Of a stretch of 64,000 nucleotides of DNA, positions 40,121-54,000 are shown one piece after another; position 1 is the stretch's first letter, and every line of letters starts with the position of its first letter. Both the position numbers and the translations under genes were made by a program. Source of the stretch: Eledone cirrhosa (taxonomy: Eukaryota); contig OZ024743.1 of assembly GCA_964016885.1 (NCBI GenBank), positions 291,214,001 through 291,278,000 on the forward strand, given 5' to 3'. The notes below the pieces were generated by a model, which saw only the letters and a list, made by a program, of their open reading frames with translations, was not told the origin of the DNA and ran no database searches.

Positions 40121-40736
40121 CTTGATATATTTCTTTTTTTCTTTTTTCTTTTTCTTTTCTTTCCTTTTTATTTTTTATTTCTTAGTTTATAGATACATCT
40201 ATAAATAAGCAGTCTGCCCAAACCGTTGAATACTGACCTCTCCCCCCCTCCCACCTAATTTCTGTATCTTGATCTAAATGTGTGTGGCAGTGTTTATGTG
40301 AGTGAATTAATATCCATGTGCTTATGATAATATTATATCCACATATATATGTGTGTGGGGGTGTGTGTGTGTATGTATGTTCGTAATTATGTGTATGTTT
40401 ATGCATATACGCGCGCGTGTGTGTGAGTGTACGGATATGTGTGAGTATGAGAATATGTGTATACACTTATTACATATTTATGTGTCTATACGCATTTTAT
40501 CTGTGCATTATAAACTTACAGAGACATTAGCCTTGAAATTTTGTATTTGCATGCATCTTTTTGGCATGCGTATGCATGTTGAGCATACATCTTTGTATAA
40601 ATATGTGTACGGGGTTAGTTACATGTATATACACACACCAAACTGCATAAAACCTTTTGTATTTTCATTGGTCAATTTTGAACTGTTCCCAAACGGACCT
40701 GAAATTTTGAATTGTTGTTATTATCAATAAATATAT

Positions 40737-40891
40737 TTCATTATTTCTGAAGACGGCGTATATGTGTGTTTGGTATGTATATTTAATCTTGATAGTTTGT
40801 ATAATTTTGTATAATTTTGTACATAGATCTGTTGAATATGCATGCCAATTCTAACACATATATATCCTAGAAACGATCGTTAAATAATGAA
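40737..40891 (+). ncRNA. hammerhead F6 in inverted pLTR (GUU site after 40881)
   Basis: core CTGAAGA 40747-40753, GAAAC 40870-40874, 10-bp stem I. Confidence 0.87.
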
Positions 40892-41085
40892 CTTTTTTTG
40901 TTTAATATAAGGAACTGTTTCATTGTTTTATTCATTATTTGTTTAATATTTTATCTTGACTCTGTATACCGTTTATCTTTCACCGAAAGTGATTTTTCAT
41001 TACATCTCTTCTTTCCATGATATCCGGAATACATTGAGTTCTTCATACGGATTGGACACTACCGTAAACTCTTGGTAGATTTATC

Positions 41086-41162
<77 letters not shown>

Positions 41163-41351
41163 TAAACCTACCAAAAGTTTACGGTAGCGTCCAATCCGTA
41201 TGAAGAACTCAATGCAATCCGGATATCATGAAAAGAGAAGATGCATTCAAAAACTACTTTCGGTGAAAAATAAACGGAAAACAGAGTCAAGATAAAATAT
41301 TAAAAAAATAATGAATAAACAAAGAAACACTTCCTTATATCAGAAAAATTG

Positions 41352-41489
41352 ATTATTTTACGATCGTTTCTAGGATATATATGTATTAGAGTTGGTATGC
41401 ATATTCTATAGATCTATGTACAATATTTATACAAACTATCAGAGGGAATATACATACCTTCACATATATATGCTGTCTTCAGAAATAAT
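41352..41489 (-). ncRNA. hammerhead F6 variant (GUA site)
   Basis: ATTATTT-CTGAAGA-CAGCATATATATGTG...ATATATATCCTA-GAAA-CGATCG-TA-AAATAAT. Confidence 0.82.
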
Positions 41490-42183
41490 GATACTTGTTT
41501 ATTGCTAAGAACAAAGATTCAATACAATAGGTCTGTTTGGGAACAGGTTTTGAATTGACCAATCAGGAGATAGTGAGGGTCAAGATAGTGAAATTAGGAG
41601 AATCTTAAATTATGGGTAGAGGAAGGTAGATTTCAGTTTTGGATGGAAAAGAGTATTATGAATTAAGGATTACTTTAGGGAAGAAGTAGGTCATATGTTG
41701 ACCTCAGAAATAATTTTATTTGTTCATTGAATAAAACCAACAAAGACCAAATATATTCTGTCTGTTTGGTAAGATGTTTAGAATTAACCAATAGAAGGTT
41801 AATAATTGGCCAAATGGTAAAATAGTAGTAATTGAAACTTATTTTAGGGGTGAAACTAGGTCAGGTGGTCAGTAGAAGGTATACAAGCAGTTGCTGTTAT
41901 AAAATAGTAATGCCAATACAAATATCTAAGGTGACTAGAGTTTTAAGATAAGGATGTTGGTGAAAAAAAATACATCTATGAAAAGGATATAAAATTAATT
42001 TAGTTGATGGGTATATTTATATTGATAACATTATACTAATGCATACAGATATGATAAATAAGAGTTAGATGCAGTTGAAAAGTGCTGTTAAGGATGAGGG
42101 GAGATTAAAAGAAAATAAGAATGATATATATATATATATACATATATGTACCTACATATATATACATACATACACACACACAT

Positions 42184-42250
<67 letters not shown>

Positions 42251-42529
42251 CATACACATACACACACAAATATATACCTATATATATATATATATATATA
42301 TATATACGCATATACACATGTACATATACATACACACGCACACACAGACATATATATATATATATATACTCATACACACACACACATACACATATATATA
42401 TATATATATATATACATACATATATATATATTTTTACACTCACATACATACACACATACATACATACACACTTATATACACACACATCCACACTTACATA
42501 TACATATAATTATTGGGGGGGGGGTATGT

Positions 42530-43032
42530 TTACTTAATGGTATCAGTTTTAGGAAATGATATTTGTAAGAAGGAGAACCAAATTATGTAGTTCATCATTA
42601 GTAGAATATTAATTATAGGTTAACTAAAATAAAAATAGTTTATATCTAAATTTCTAAGGTGTATATTAATTAGGTTTATCATATTTAAAGCAGAATTATG
42701 TAGTTCATCAGTAGTAGAATATTAATTATAGGTTAACTAAATTAAAAATAATTATATATGTTTACTTAATGGTATCAGTTTTAGGAAATGATATTTGTAG
42801 AAGGAAAGCCAAATTATGTAGTTCATCAGTAGTAGAATATTAATTATATGTTAACTAAATTAAAAATAGTTCATATATTAATTTCTAAAGTGTATATTAA
42901 TTAGGTTTATAATATTTAAAGCAGAATTTTGTAATTCATCTGTAGTAGAATATTAATTATAGGTTAACTAAATTAAAATTAATTTATATATTAATTTCTA
43001 AAGTGTATATTAATTAGGTTTATAATATTTAA
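42530..43032. repeat. ~120-bp imperfect tandem repeat covering the Naiad stop codon and proximal 3' UTR
   Basis: gtagtagaatattaattataggttaactaaattaaaa recurs 4 times; degenerate counterpart at ~34960-35915. Confidence 0.8.
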
Positions 43033-44160
43033 ATGTTTTTCTCAGTTTATGATTACACGATATTATTAATTCCTGTCACTTATTTAATAGGATATCCTTA
43101 GATTTCATTATTTCGAAAAGTTCTTGGGAACACAATCTACATTCATTTCTACTATTTTGATAAGGGATGGCCCTTTTGAGCACACTCCAGGTCAGGTCAT
43201 ATTCTATATTCCTCTTTCTATAACTATTAATTTTTTCAGCTAGAAATGTTGTATTAGCTAGTGCGGCATTTTTAAAACTATGTTTGTGGGTATTAAATCT
43301 TACCTTAAAATTGTTAGTGGTAGCTCCTATATATGAATAAATAGAGTCCTTAGTGTTAACTTTACATTTATATATTATGTTATTAACAAGGCAATTTCCT
43401 TTTAATCGACAGTTTGCCTTGTTTCTACAGTTATAACTTTTCGTGAGTCCTGTATCTGAGGAGATATTATGGTTAGTTTGATGTACTGCTGGTATACTTA
43501 TGTTTTTTTTAACATTTATATGCATTATAGGCACTTATATTTTGTTTTATGTTTTTGGTTGTTGAGTAGGAGAATTTAACTGTTGATCTATTTAAGATTT
43601 GATGGTATTTGTGGTTTGGCGGGAATTTTTTCTCTAGGATATTAAAGAATTATTTAGGTATATTATCCTTAACTTGTAAATTAAATGGAGCATTATACCA
43701 AGTAACCCGTCTATTACGGTTTCTATGTTTTTATTGTTTTTATAGGATGCATCCTGATGTTTACTAGGAGAATTATTGTTAATGACCTCTCCACACACAT
43801 TTTTAGTTAGATTTATTGATTTAGGTGTTTTAGCTTGTTTATTAGGAGTTTTATTATTAACATTTATTAGAGTTGTAGGATGAGTAGTTTTTTGAGAGTT
43901 ACTATACTGTATATTAGAAGAGTTAGAGAAAATTGGTTTTATGTTGGTATTTTGGGGTATAGTGTGAGTGGCATTTAGGTGTGTACGTTTCATTTGGTGT
44001 TTGTTGGTAATATTAGGTTGTATGTTTGTAGTATTATTGGTAGAAGATATATATATTAATCTATTTTTGTGGCCACTTCTAGCTAGAGCTTCGTTATAAA
44101 AGGTCGCATTTTTATCAAATACATCTTGTCGCATTTTTATCAAATACATCTTGGTTAGAC

Positions 44161-44220
44161 GAAGCTATAACGAAGCTATAACGAAGCTATAACGAAGCTA
44201 TAACGAAGCTATAACGAAGC
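44161..44220. repeat. (GAAGCTATAAC)x5 at the inversion junction
   Basis: direct reading. Confidence 0.95.
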
Positions 44221-45468
44221 TCTAGCTAGAAGTGGCCACAACAATAGATTAATATATATACCTTCTACCAATAATACTACAAACATACAACCTAATATTA
44301 CCAACAAACACCAAATGAAACGTACACACCTAAATGCCACTCACACTATACCCCAAAATACCAACATAAAACCAATTTTCTCTAACTCTTCTAATATACA
44401 GTATAGTAACTCTCAAAAAACTACTCATCCTACAACTCTAATAAATGTTAATAATAAAACTCCTAATAAACAAGCTAAAACACCTAAATCAATAAATCTA
44501 ACTAAATATGTGTGTGGAGAGGTCATTAACAATAATTCTCCTAGTAAACATCAGGATGCATCCTATAAAAACAATAAACAACATAGAAACCGTAATAGAC
44601 GGGTTACTTGGTATAATGCTCCATTTAATTTACAAGTTAAGGATAATATACCTAAATAATTCTTTAATATCCTAGAGAAAAACTTCCCGCCAAACCACAA
44701 ATACCATCAAATCATAAATAGATCAACAGTTAAATTCTCCTACTCAACAACCAAAAACATAAAACAAAATATAAGTGCCTATAATGCATATAGATGTTAA
44801 AAAAACCATAAGTATACCAGCAGTACATCAAACTAACCATAATATCTCCTCAGATACAGGACTCACGAAAAGTTATAAATGTAGAAACAAGGCAAACTGT
44901 CGATTAAAAGGAAATTGCCTTGTTAATAACATAATATATAAATGTAAAGTTAACACTAAGGACTCTATTTATTCATATATAGGAGCTACCACTAACAGTT
45001 TTAAGGTAAGATTTAATACCCACAAACATAGTTTTAAAAATGCCGCACTAGCTAATACAACATCTCTAGCTGAAAAAATTAATAGTTATAGAAAGAGGAA
45101 TATAGAATATGACCTGACCTGGAGTGTGCTCAAAAGGGCCACCCCTTATCAAAATAGTAGAAATGAATGTAGATTGTGTTCCCAAGAACGTTTCGAAATA
45201 AGGAAATCTAAGGATATCCTATTAAATAACCGACAGTAATTAATAATATCGTGTAATCATAAACTGAGATAAACATTTAAATATTATAAACCTAATTAAT
45301 ATATTTACTATTTCCCACTAATAAATTTAATCCCCCCCCCCAATAATGATATGTATATGTAAGTGTGTATGTATGTATGTGTGTATGTATGTGAGTGTAA
45401 AAATATATATATATGTATGTATATATATATATATATATGTGTGTATATGTGTGTGTATGTGTGTATGA

Positions 45469-45511
<43 letters not shown>

Positions 45512-45548
45512 TGTGTGTGTGTGTATGTATATGTACATGTGTATATGC

Positions 45549-45592
<44 letters not shown>

Positions 45593-45623
45593 ATATATAT
45601 TTGTGTGTGTATGTATGTGTATA

Positions 45624-45676
<53 letters not shown>

Positions 45677-46470
45677 ATGTGTGTGTGTATGTATGTATAT
45701 ATATGTAGGTACATATATGTATATATATATATATATCATTTTTATTTTATTTTAATCTTCCCTTATCCTTAACAGCACTTTTCAACTGCATCTAACTCTT
45801 ATTTATCATATCTGTATGCATTAGTATAATTTTATCAATATAAATATACCCATCAATTAAATTAATTTTATATCCTTTTCATAGATGTATTTTTTTTCAC
45901 TAACATCCTTATCTTAAAAATCTAGTCACCTTAGATATTTGTATTGGCATTACTATTTTATAACAGCAACTGCTTGTATACCTTCTACTGACCACCTGAC
46001 CTAGTTTCACCCCTAAAATAAGTTTCAATTACTACTAATTTACCATTTGGCCAATTATTAACCTTCTATTGGTTAATTCTAAACCTCTTACCAAACAGAC
46101 AGAATATATTTGATCTTTGTTGGTTTTATTCAATGAACAAATAAAATTATTTCTGAGGTCAACATATGACCTACTTCTTCCCTGATGTAATCCATTATTA
46201 TATTGGATCTTTGTTGGTTTTATTCAATGAACAAATAAAATTATTTCTGAGGTCAACATATGACCTACTTCTTCCCTAAAGTAATCCCTCATTCATAATA
46301 CTCTTTTCCATCGAAAATTGAAATCTACCTTCCTCTACCCATAATTTAAGATTCTCCTAATTTCACTATATTGACCCTCACCATCTCCTGATTGGTCAAT
46401 TCAAAACTTGTTCCCAAACAGTCCTATTGTATTGAATCTTTGTTCTTAGCAATAAACAAGTATCATTATT

Positions 46471-46852
46471 GGCAGTATCGGTAGAGGGTCGGACGCCATG
46501 CTTTGACGCATAGAGTTACGGCCCTTGCCATTCTGAGTTCAAATCCCGCCGAGGTTAACTTTGCCTTTCATCCTTACGGGGTCGATAAAATAAAGTACCA
46601 GTAATACACTGGGAAATTGCTGGCCTTGTGCCAAAAGTAGAAACAATTATTTCTGAAGACAGCGGTGAATTGGCAGTATCGGTAGAGGGTCGGACGCCAT
46701 GCTTTGACGCATAGAGTTACGGCCCTTGCCATTCTGAGTTCAAATCCCGCCGAGGTTAACTTTGCCTTTCATCCTTACGGGGTCGATAAAATAAATTACC
46801 AGTAATACACTGGGAAATTGCTGGCCTTGTGCCAAAAGTAGAAACAATTATT
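46471..46852 (+). mobile_element. tandem pair of near-identical tRNA-derived SINEs inserted in HHR stem I
   Basis: ggcagtatcggtagag...gagttcaaatcccgccgagg...gtagaaacaattatt twice, separated by a duplicated TCTGAAGACAGC. Confidence 0.9.
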
Positions 46853-46984
46853 TCTGAAGACAGCATATATATGTGAAGGTATGTATATTCCCTCTGATAG
46901 TTTGTATAAATATTGTACATAGATCTATAGAATATGCATACCAACTCTAACACATATATATCCTAGAAACGATCGTAAAATAAT
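46847..46984 (+). ncRNA. hammerhead F6 variant (GUA site after 46977)
   Basis: ATTATTT-CTGAAGA(46854-60)...GAAAC(46966-70)GATCGTA-AAATAAT. Confidence 0.82.
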
Positions 46985-47030
46985 GAATTTTTCTAATATA
47001 AGGAACTGTTTCTTTGTTTATTCATTATTT

Positions 47031-47092
<62 letters not shown>

Positions 47093-47098
<6 letters not shown>

Positions 47099-47581
47099 GA
47101 AAACACAGGTAAGCATCAAGAGAAGGATTTTATCCAGGTATTTACGAATGTCTCATTGGCAAGTGCAACCTGATATTGCTATACTGCAAATAGCAGCCAC
47201 TCAATTATAATTATTGTTCACGTCCAAATTTTCAAAATAGTGAGTAAGTTACTCTTGAAATAGTTCTTAATTTATATAGAAAAACATTTTTTGGGAATTG
47301 TATTTACTAGTATAGAGAGAGAGTAAGAGGAATTAAGGGGACAACCGGAATATCAAGGGGACAACCGGAATAGTATAGAGAGAGAGGAAGGGGCAGAAGA
47401 GTTAGAAGTTTAGAAATAGAGTGACAAACTGAGATGGAAGGAGGGGTAGAGGTGGAAGGATTCCTTGATCAGTTTTGATATGTAGACTCCATGTCGTGGA
47501 ATGTAGTGAGTTAAAGAGAATTAAATTTATCATAGTGGGAGGGATGGAGAGAGAGAGAGAGAGAAAGAGAGAGTGACAGAC

Positions 47582-47617
<36 letters not shown>

Positions 47618-50290
47618 GGGGGAGATATAAAAAGATAAATATATATATAAAAATAAAGATAAAGATAATAATGACAAAAATAAAAGCAAAGAAGGGGGAG
47701 AAAGAAGGACATAAAAGATAGCCAAAAAAGGGGAGGGAAGGAAGGAAGAAAACGAATAGAAGAGGAATGAAGGATAAGTGAGGGATAAAGGTATTGGTTT
47801 TTGTGGGTAATTAAAAGGATTTAGATACAATAAGATGGTATAAAGTCTAAGTATAAGCAGTTTGTCAGTTGGTAGTAAGAGGTTAAGGGTTCGATTTGAA
47901 CTTGTAGTGCGAAAACTTTTCTTTGAGTCTATGGTTTCAATAAATTGATCTTTCGATGTTATTGTTGAGTAACTTATTCTTCGAACTCAAATTGTGGAAC
48001 AGCTCAAGGTTACATAATCGACAGCTTATCATACCTTTCTGATACGGGGGCGCGTTCGATAATTTTTTTCCACTTCAGGGTGTATTGATGGTTACTTTCA
48101 CTCAGTTGCCAGGTCTTGTTTGCAAGGGTAGTTACATAACGATTCTGGGAATGTTTCATTGCGTAACGGTGTGTATACCAACGGGCTTTAAATGTATTCC
48201 CAGTCGATCAGATGTAATACCATTTCTGGTTTTCTGATTCCAGTGTGCATTGGTAAACCAGGTTAGACTGCATACATTCATTATGTAATGGACAGGTTTC
48301 ATGTAGGTCGCAGTTACAATTCTTGTCATGGGCAACTTTGGCATTATTGGTGGGCTGCGATGCCTGTACAAGTGCGTGTGTTACGTTTTGTTTGCCTTTT
48401 AGTGGGTGGTTGTGTATTAGATATGATGTTGTGTTCAATGGCGATTGTATTGTTATTGTTGTAAATTTGTGTTCTGTTGTTGTTATGTATCTTTTTAGCA
48501 TTAAGCATCTTAATGTGTGCCTCTATATGTGTTGCCGTGGAGTAAGATAGTCAAATATATTTAGTGTTATGGATTTTGCTGTATCTATGTGAATCTGGAA
48601 AGTGCTTATTTATTATTCTAAAGAAGGTAGAGGGTACGTTAATACTAATAGAGTTTTTAAATATGGGGTTATACCAAATATATTTTCTAATGCGTGACTT
48701 GTTTGATTTCGATGTTGTATTTCTATTTACCGTATACTTTGTAGTTCTATGTGTAAGTGCGTGTGTGCGCTTTGCGGAGGCTTTCATCTATATATTCTAC
48801 TCTATCTAAGTGGCCTGCCTTGTCTAATGCGGTATTGTAGTATTCTGCAGGTTCCTCGAAAATTTGTCGGTTAGGCGAGAGGCAGCAGATCCTAAGGGAT
48901 ATGCTGCGTGGAACGGATTTAATTATGGATAGTGGGTGGTTTCAGTTACAGTTGATGTATGTTAAGTTTTCATTAATCTTGTGAAAAGGTCTTATATTTA
49001 GGTTAAGCGTCGCGTCTAGAAAGTTCACTGTTTTAGTGCTATACGCATACGTTATGCTAAGGCCTAGTTTCCTGAGAGTCTTTCTAATATTCTTACAGAG
49101 TCGTTCTATGCTCTGGTTATTTAGGTTCTTAACTAGGAGAAGGGCGTCGCTAAACTCACTCTGTAAACTATGGGCTATGTAAATACCTACTAAATCTGTG
49201 ACTTGAGCCGATTCATTAGCCCCCATCGTGATGTCAAGTTATTTAATCTATCCTTACGTTCCCAATAGGCGTTTTCAAATTTAATTATTGTTTACCTAGC
49301 AGCTAACATGATTTTTATCTCGTCGTCTGTTAGGTCAGAATTGAATTTGGCGAATGCTAAGGCTTTATCCGAGGTGTTGGGTGATATAGAGGAGTTATAG
49401 TCGTTAATGTCAAATTGTATAAATTTAAAGCGGTCAAAACCTCAAATGTGTATGCGATTGATGTTAATACATACAATAGCTTCCTACGGAAATAATTACA
49501 TAGGAAATACGAAAAAACTAATGAGGCGGCACTGATAAACATCACCAATGAGGCACACAATATAGTCAAACACCTAGGAATAGACGACAGAACTTAGGCC
49601 ATGTACCCCCACATTTAATTTCAAGGACCATAAGGTAAATTTTGATTATAACCCCACAATTAGGCTTATATTCCCGTCCAAATCGGACATTGGGAAAATT
49701 AGTAAACATATATTAGACAGAATGATAGCACAAATGAAGAATAAAATAGTGATTAAACTATGGGATAACGCTACCGAAACAATTAAGTGGTTTAACAATA
49801 TAGCTAACAAAAAAGTATCTAAATTCATACAATTTGACATTAACGACTATTACTCCTCCATATCCCCCCAACACCTTGGATAAAGCCTTAGCATTCGCCA
49901 AAGCCAATTCTGACCAAACAGACGACGAGATGAAAATCATATTAACTGCTAGGAAAACAATAATTAAATTTGAAAACGCCTATTGGTAACGTAAGGATAG
50001 ATTAAATAACTTTGACATCACGATGGGGGCTAACGACTCGGCTCAAGTCACAGATTTAGTAGGTATTTACATAAACCATAGTTTACAGAGTGAGTTTAGC
50101 GACCTTCACGGTGGAATCTACAGAGACGTCGCCCTTCTCCTAATTAAGAACCTAAATAACCGGAGCATAGATAGACTCCGGAAGAATATTAGAATAACTC
50201 TCGGGAAACTAGGCCTCAGCATAACGTATGCGTATAGCATTAACACAGTTAACTTTCTAGACGCGACGCTTAACCTAAATACGGGACTTG
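47093..50290. mobile_element. Naiad-type family A copy 2 (- strand 47093-~49428) with inverted RT segment (+ strand ~49429-50290)
   Basis: 3' UTR homologous to 25058-25774; ORFs 48208-48501, 48551-48787, 48942-49226 (YRDD region deleted) and 50023-50307 (YRDV). Confidence 0.9.
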
Positions 50291-50439
50291 GTTTGTTATA
50301 TCTCTGAAGAACTCGTATCATATGATTCCAGTTCCTCAGAGAAATAACAACCCAACCAGGAGCTGGACATATCGGAGTATTGACGGAGTAAAACACTTTA
50401 ACAAAATGTGTACAAGTCTCTACCACAGCAATTCGGACT

Positions 50440-50493
50440 CTGCCTAAAGAGGTCACAGCCAATGATGGCTGTCACCGAAATATATATAGCAGT
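50440..50493 (+). ncRNA. hammerhead F5 with core mutation G5A (CTAAAGA), probably inactive, in a single-arm copy (~50293-50548)
   Basis: CTGC-CTAAAGA-GGTCACAGCCA(ATGA)TGGCTGTCACC-GAAA-TATATATA-GCAGT. Confidence 0.75.
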
Positions 50494-50635
50494 ACATCTT
50501 TAATAAACGAAGCAAAATGTTTAATATTTGACTTAATTACTATATTCTATATACTATCAATAATAATGAGTTCAACACTCAGGCAGTCTTTTACAATGAA
50601 ATAGCTCAAAGTAAGAAGTATTTCTGTGCCGTGTA

Positions 50636-50976
50636 ATACAAGTTAATATAAACTAATATATTTGATAAACACAAATACCAACATATTCATGTTTGTATTG
50701 TAAATGACCAAGTTAGCTAGATTGAAATATACTAATAATAATAATACATTTTGCCTGTCTCAATTTAAGATAATAAATCAATAAAAACAAATCATATTGG
50801 CAACAGCCATTGCCAATATGATTTGTTTTTATTGATTTATTATCTTAAATTGAGACAGGCAAAATGTATTATTATTATTAGTATATTTCAATCTAGCTAA
50901 CTTGGTCATTTACAATACAAACATGAATATGTTGGTATTTGTGTTTATCAAATATATTACTTTATATTAACTTGTA
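50636..50976. repeat. near-perfect ~340-bp palindrome
   Basis: atacaagttaatataaa...aatcatattggcaa-cagcca-ttgccaatatgatt...tttatattaacttgtat. Confidence 0.95.
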
Positions 50977-50977
50977 T

Positions 50978-51019
<42 letters not shown>

Positions 51020-51023
<4 letters not shown>

Positions 51024-54000
51024 TAATTTAATATATCAACTAACATAGGCGCACAGATGCACGTCCATGCCAGCAAATACACAGGTTATGTCATAGTACC
51101 TAGGTGGTTCAATGCAGGAGGGTGCAGAACAATAATATAAAAGACGTAAAATAAGAAAATATTTTTTAAAAAAATTTTTTAAAAAATTTTTTACTTACTT
51201 ACTTAAATTTTCACTCCAACTAATTAGTTTCTGCAATGGGATAAAGACAGTTACATAATCCAACTGTCGAGAATTCATTGCGTCATCAGGGAGTCTATTC
51301 TCAGCTGAGCCTCCAGGCAATGCGCGGACACTAGCGGCTCATATAAAAATAATAATTCGGTAGAAAGAACAGCTAGGCGAGGACTGGATTCTATGTACTG
51401 AAATTCTCACTGCTTCCAGTCAAATGCCCGATTCTAAAGAATCAATCACGTGACATAGAGGCTAGTTAGAAGGAATGGGATGGTAAGATGATTGACGCCT
51501 ACTAACACCCCAAAAAAAATTTTGAAGTGGTTTTGGCAGGTTTGCTCGACAAATCAGTGATTTGGAGATAAATATAGATAATTTAATATATCAACTAACA
51601 TAGGCGCACAGATGTACGTCCATGCCAGCAAATACACAGGTTATGTCATAGTACCTAGGTGGTTCAATGCAGGAGGGTGCAGAACAATAATATAAAAGAC
51701 GTAAAATAAGAAAATATTTTTTAAAAAAATTTTTTTAAAAATTTTTTACTCACTTACTTAAATTTTCACTCCAACTAATTAGTTTCTGCAATGGGATAAA
51801 GACAGTTACATAATCCAACTGTCGAGAATTCATTGCGTCATCAGGGAGTCTATTCTCAGCTGAGCCTCCAGGCAATGCGCGGACACTAGCGGCTCATATA
51901 AAAATAATAATTCGGTAGAAAGAACAGCTAGGCGAGGACTGGATTCTATGTACTGAAATTCTCACTGCTTCCAGTCAAATGCCCGATTCTAAAGAATCAA
52001 TCACGTGACATAGAGGCTAGTTAGAAGGAATGGGATGGTAAGATGATTGACGCCTACTAACACCCCAAAAAAAATTTTGAAGTGGTTTTGGCAGGTTTGC
52101 TCGACAAATCAGTGATTTGGAGATAAATATAGATAATTTAATATATCAACTAACATAGGCGCACAGATGCACGTCCATGCCAGCAAATACACAGGTTATG
52201 TCATAGTACCTAGGTGGTTCAATGCAGGAGGGTGCAGAACAATAATATAAAAGACGTAAAATAAGAAAATATTTTTTTAAAAAATTTTTTTAAAAATTTT
52301 TTACTTACTTAAATTTTCACTCCAACTAATTAGTTTCTGCAATGGGATAAAGACAGTTACATAATCCAACTGTCGAGAATTCATTGCGTCATCAGGGAGT
52401 CTATTCTTTAGATTCTTTAGAATCGGACATTTGACTGGAAGCAGTGAGAATTTCAGTACATAGAATCCAGTCCTCGCCTAGCTGTTCTTTCTACCGAATT
52501 ATTATTTTTATATGAGCCGCTAGTGTCCGCGCATTGCCTGGAGGCTCAGCTGAGAATAGACTCCCTGATGACGCAATGAATTCTCGACAGTTGGATTATG
52601 TAACTGTCTTTATCCCATTGCAGAAACTAATTAGTTGGAGTGAAAATTTAAGTAAGTAAGTAAAAAACTTTTTAAAAAATTGTTTTTAAAAATATTTTCT
52701 TATTTTACGTCTTTTATATTATTGTTCTGCACCCTGCTGCATTGAACCACCTAGGTACTATGACATAACCTGTGTATTTGCTGGCATGGACGTGCATCTG
52801 TGCGCCTATGTTAGTTGATATATTAAATTATCTATATTTATCTCCAAATCACTGATTTGTCGAGCAAACCTGCCAAAACCACTTCAAAATTTTTTTTGGG
52901 GTGTTAGTAGGCGTCAGTCATCTTACCATCCCATTCCTTCTAACTAGCCTCTATGTCACGTGATTGATTCTTTAGAATCGGACATTTGACTGGAAGCAGT
53001 GAGAATTTCAGTACATAGAATCCAGTCCTCGCCTAGCTGTTCTTTCTACCGAATTATTATTTTTATATGAGCCGCTAGTGTCCGAGCATTTCTTGGAGGC
53101 TCAGCTGAGAATAGACTCCCTGATGACGCAATGAATTCTCGACAGTTGGATTATGTAACTGTCTTTATCCCATTGCAGAAACTAATTAGTTGGAGTGAAA
53201 ATTTAAGTAAGTAAGTAAAAAATTTTTTAAAAAATTTTTTAAAAAATTTTTTAAAAAAATATTTTCTTATTTTACGTCTTTTATATTATTGTTCTGCACC
53301 CTCCTGCATTGAACCACCTAGGTACTATGACATAACCTGTGTATTTGCTGGCATGGACGTGCATCTGTGCGCCTATGTTAGTTGATATATTAAATTATCT
53401 ATATTTATCTCCAAATCACTGATTTGTCGAGCAAACCTGCCAAAACCACTTCAAAATTTTTTTTGGGGTGTTAGTAGGCGTCAGTCATCTTACCATCCCA
53501 TTCCTTCTAACTAGCCTCTATGTCACGTGATTGATTCTTTAGAATCGGACATTTGACTGGAAGCAGTGAGAATTTCAGTACATAGAATCCAGTCCTCGCC
53601 TAGCTGTTCTTTCTACCGAATTATTATTTTTATATGAGCCGCTAGTGTCCGCGCATTGCCTGGAGGCTCAGCTGAGAATAGACTCCCTGATGACGCAATG
53701 AATTCTCGACAGTTGGATTATGTAACTGTCTTTATCCCATTGCAGAAACTAATTAGTTGGAGTGAAAATTTAAGTAAGTAAGTAAAAAACTTTTTTAAAA
53801 ATTTTTTAAAAAAATATTTTCTTATTTTACGTCTTTTATATTATTGTTCTGCACCCTCCTGCATTGAACCACCTAGGTACTATGACATAACCTGTGTATT
53901 TGCTGGCATGGACGTGCATCTGTGCGCCTATGTTAGTTGATATATTAAATTATCTATATTTATCTCCAAATCACTGATTTGTCGAGCAAACCTGCCAAAA

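Larger units (their letters stand above)
32150..41090 (-). mobile_element. near-complete Naiad-type PLE family B: 3' pLTR/UTR (32150-35914), ORF, 5' direct pLTR (~38505-39872) and inverted pLTR (~39873-41090)
   Basis: 32150-33372 matches 38646-39872; 39873-41090 is its reverse complement; ORF between them; both ends abut (TA)n. Confidence 0.93.
41158..47045. mobile_element. second Naiad family-B subfamily: two 5'-truncated copies head-to-head (~2.8-kb arms)
   Basis: EN ORFs 43076-43534 (-) and 44775-45239 (+) and linker ORFs 43634-44149 (-) and 44315-44659 (+) are mirror images; junction 44161-44220. Confidence 0.92.

Noticed and set aside
51106-51115. GGTTCAATGC B-box-like motif in the F2 unit
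   Set aside because: Antisense to the ribozyme strand with no convincing A-box; chance match likely
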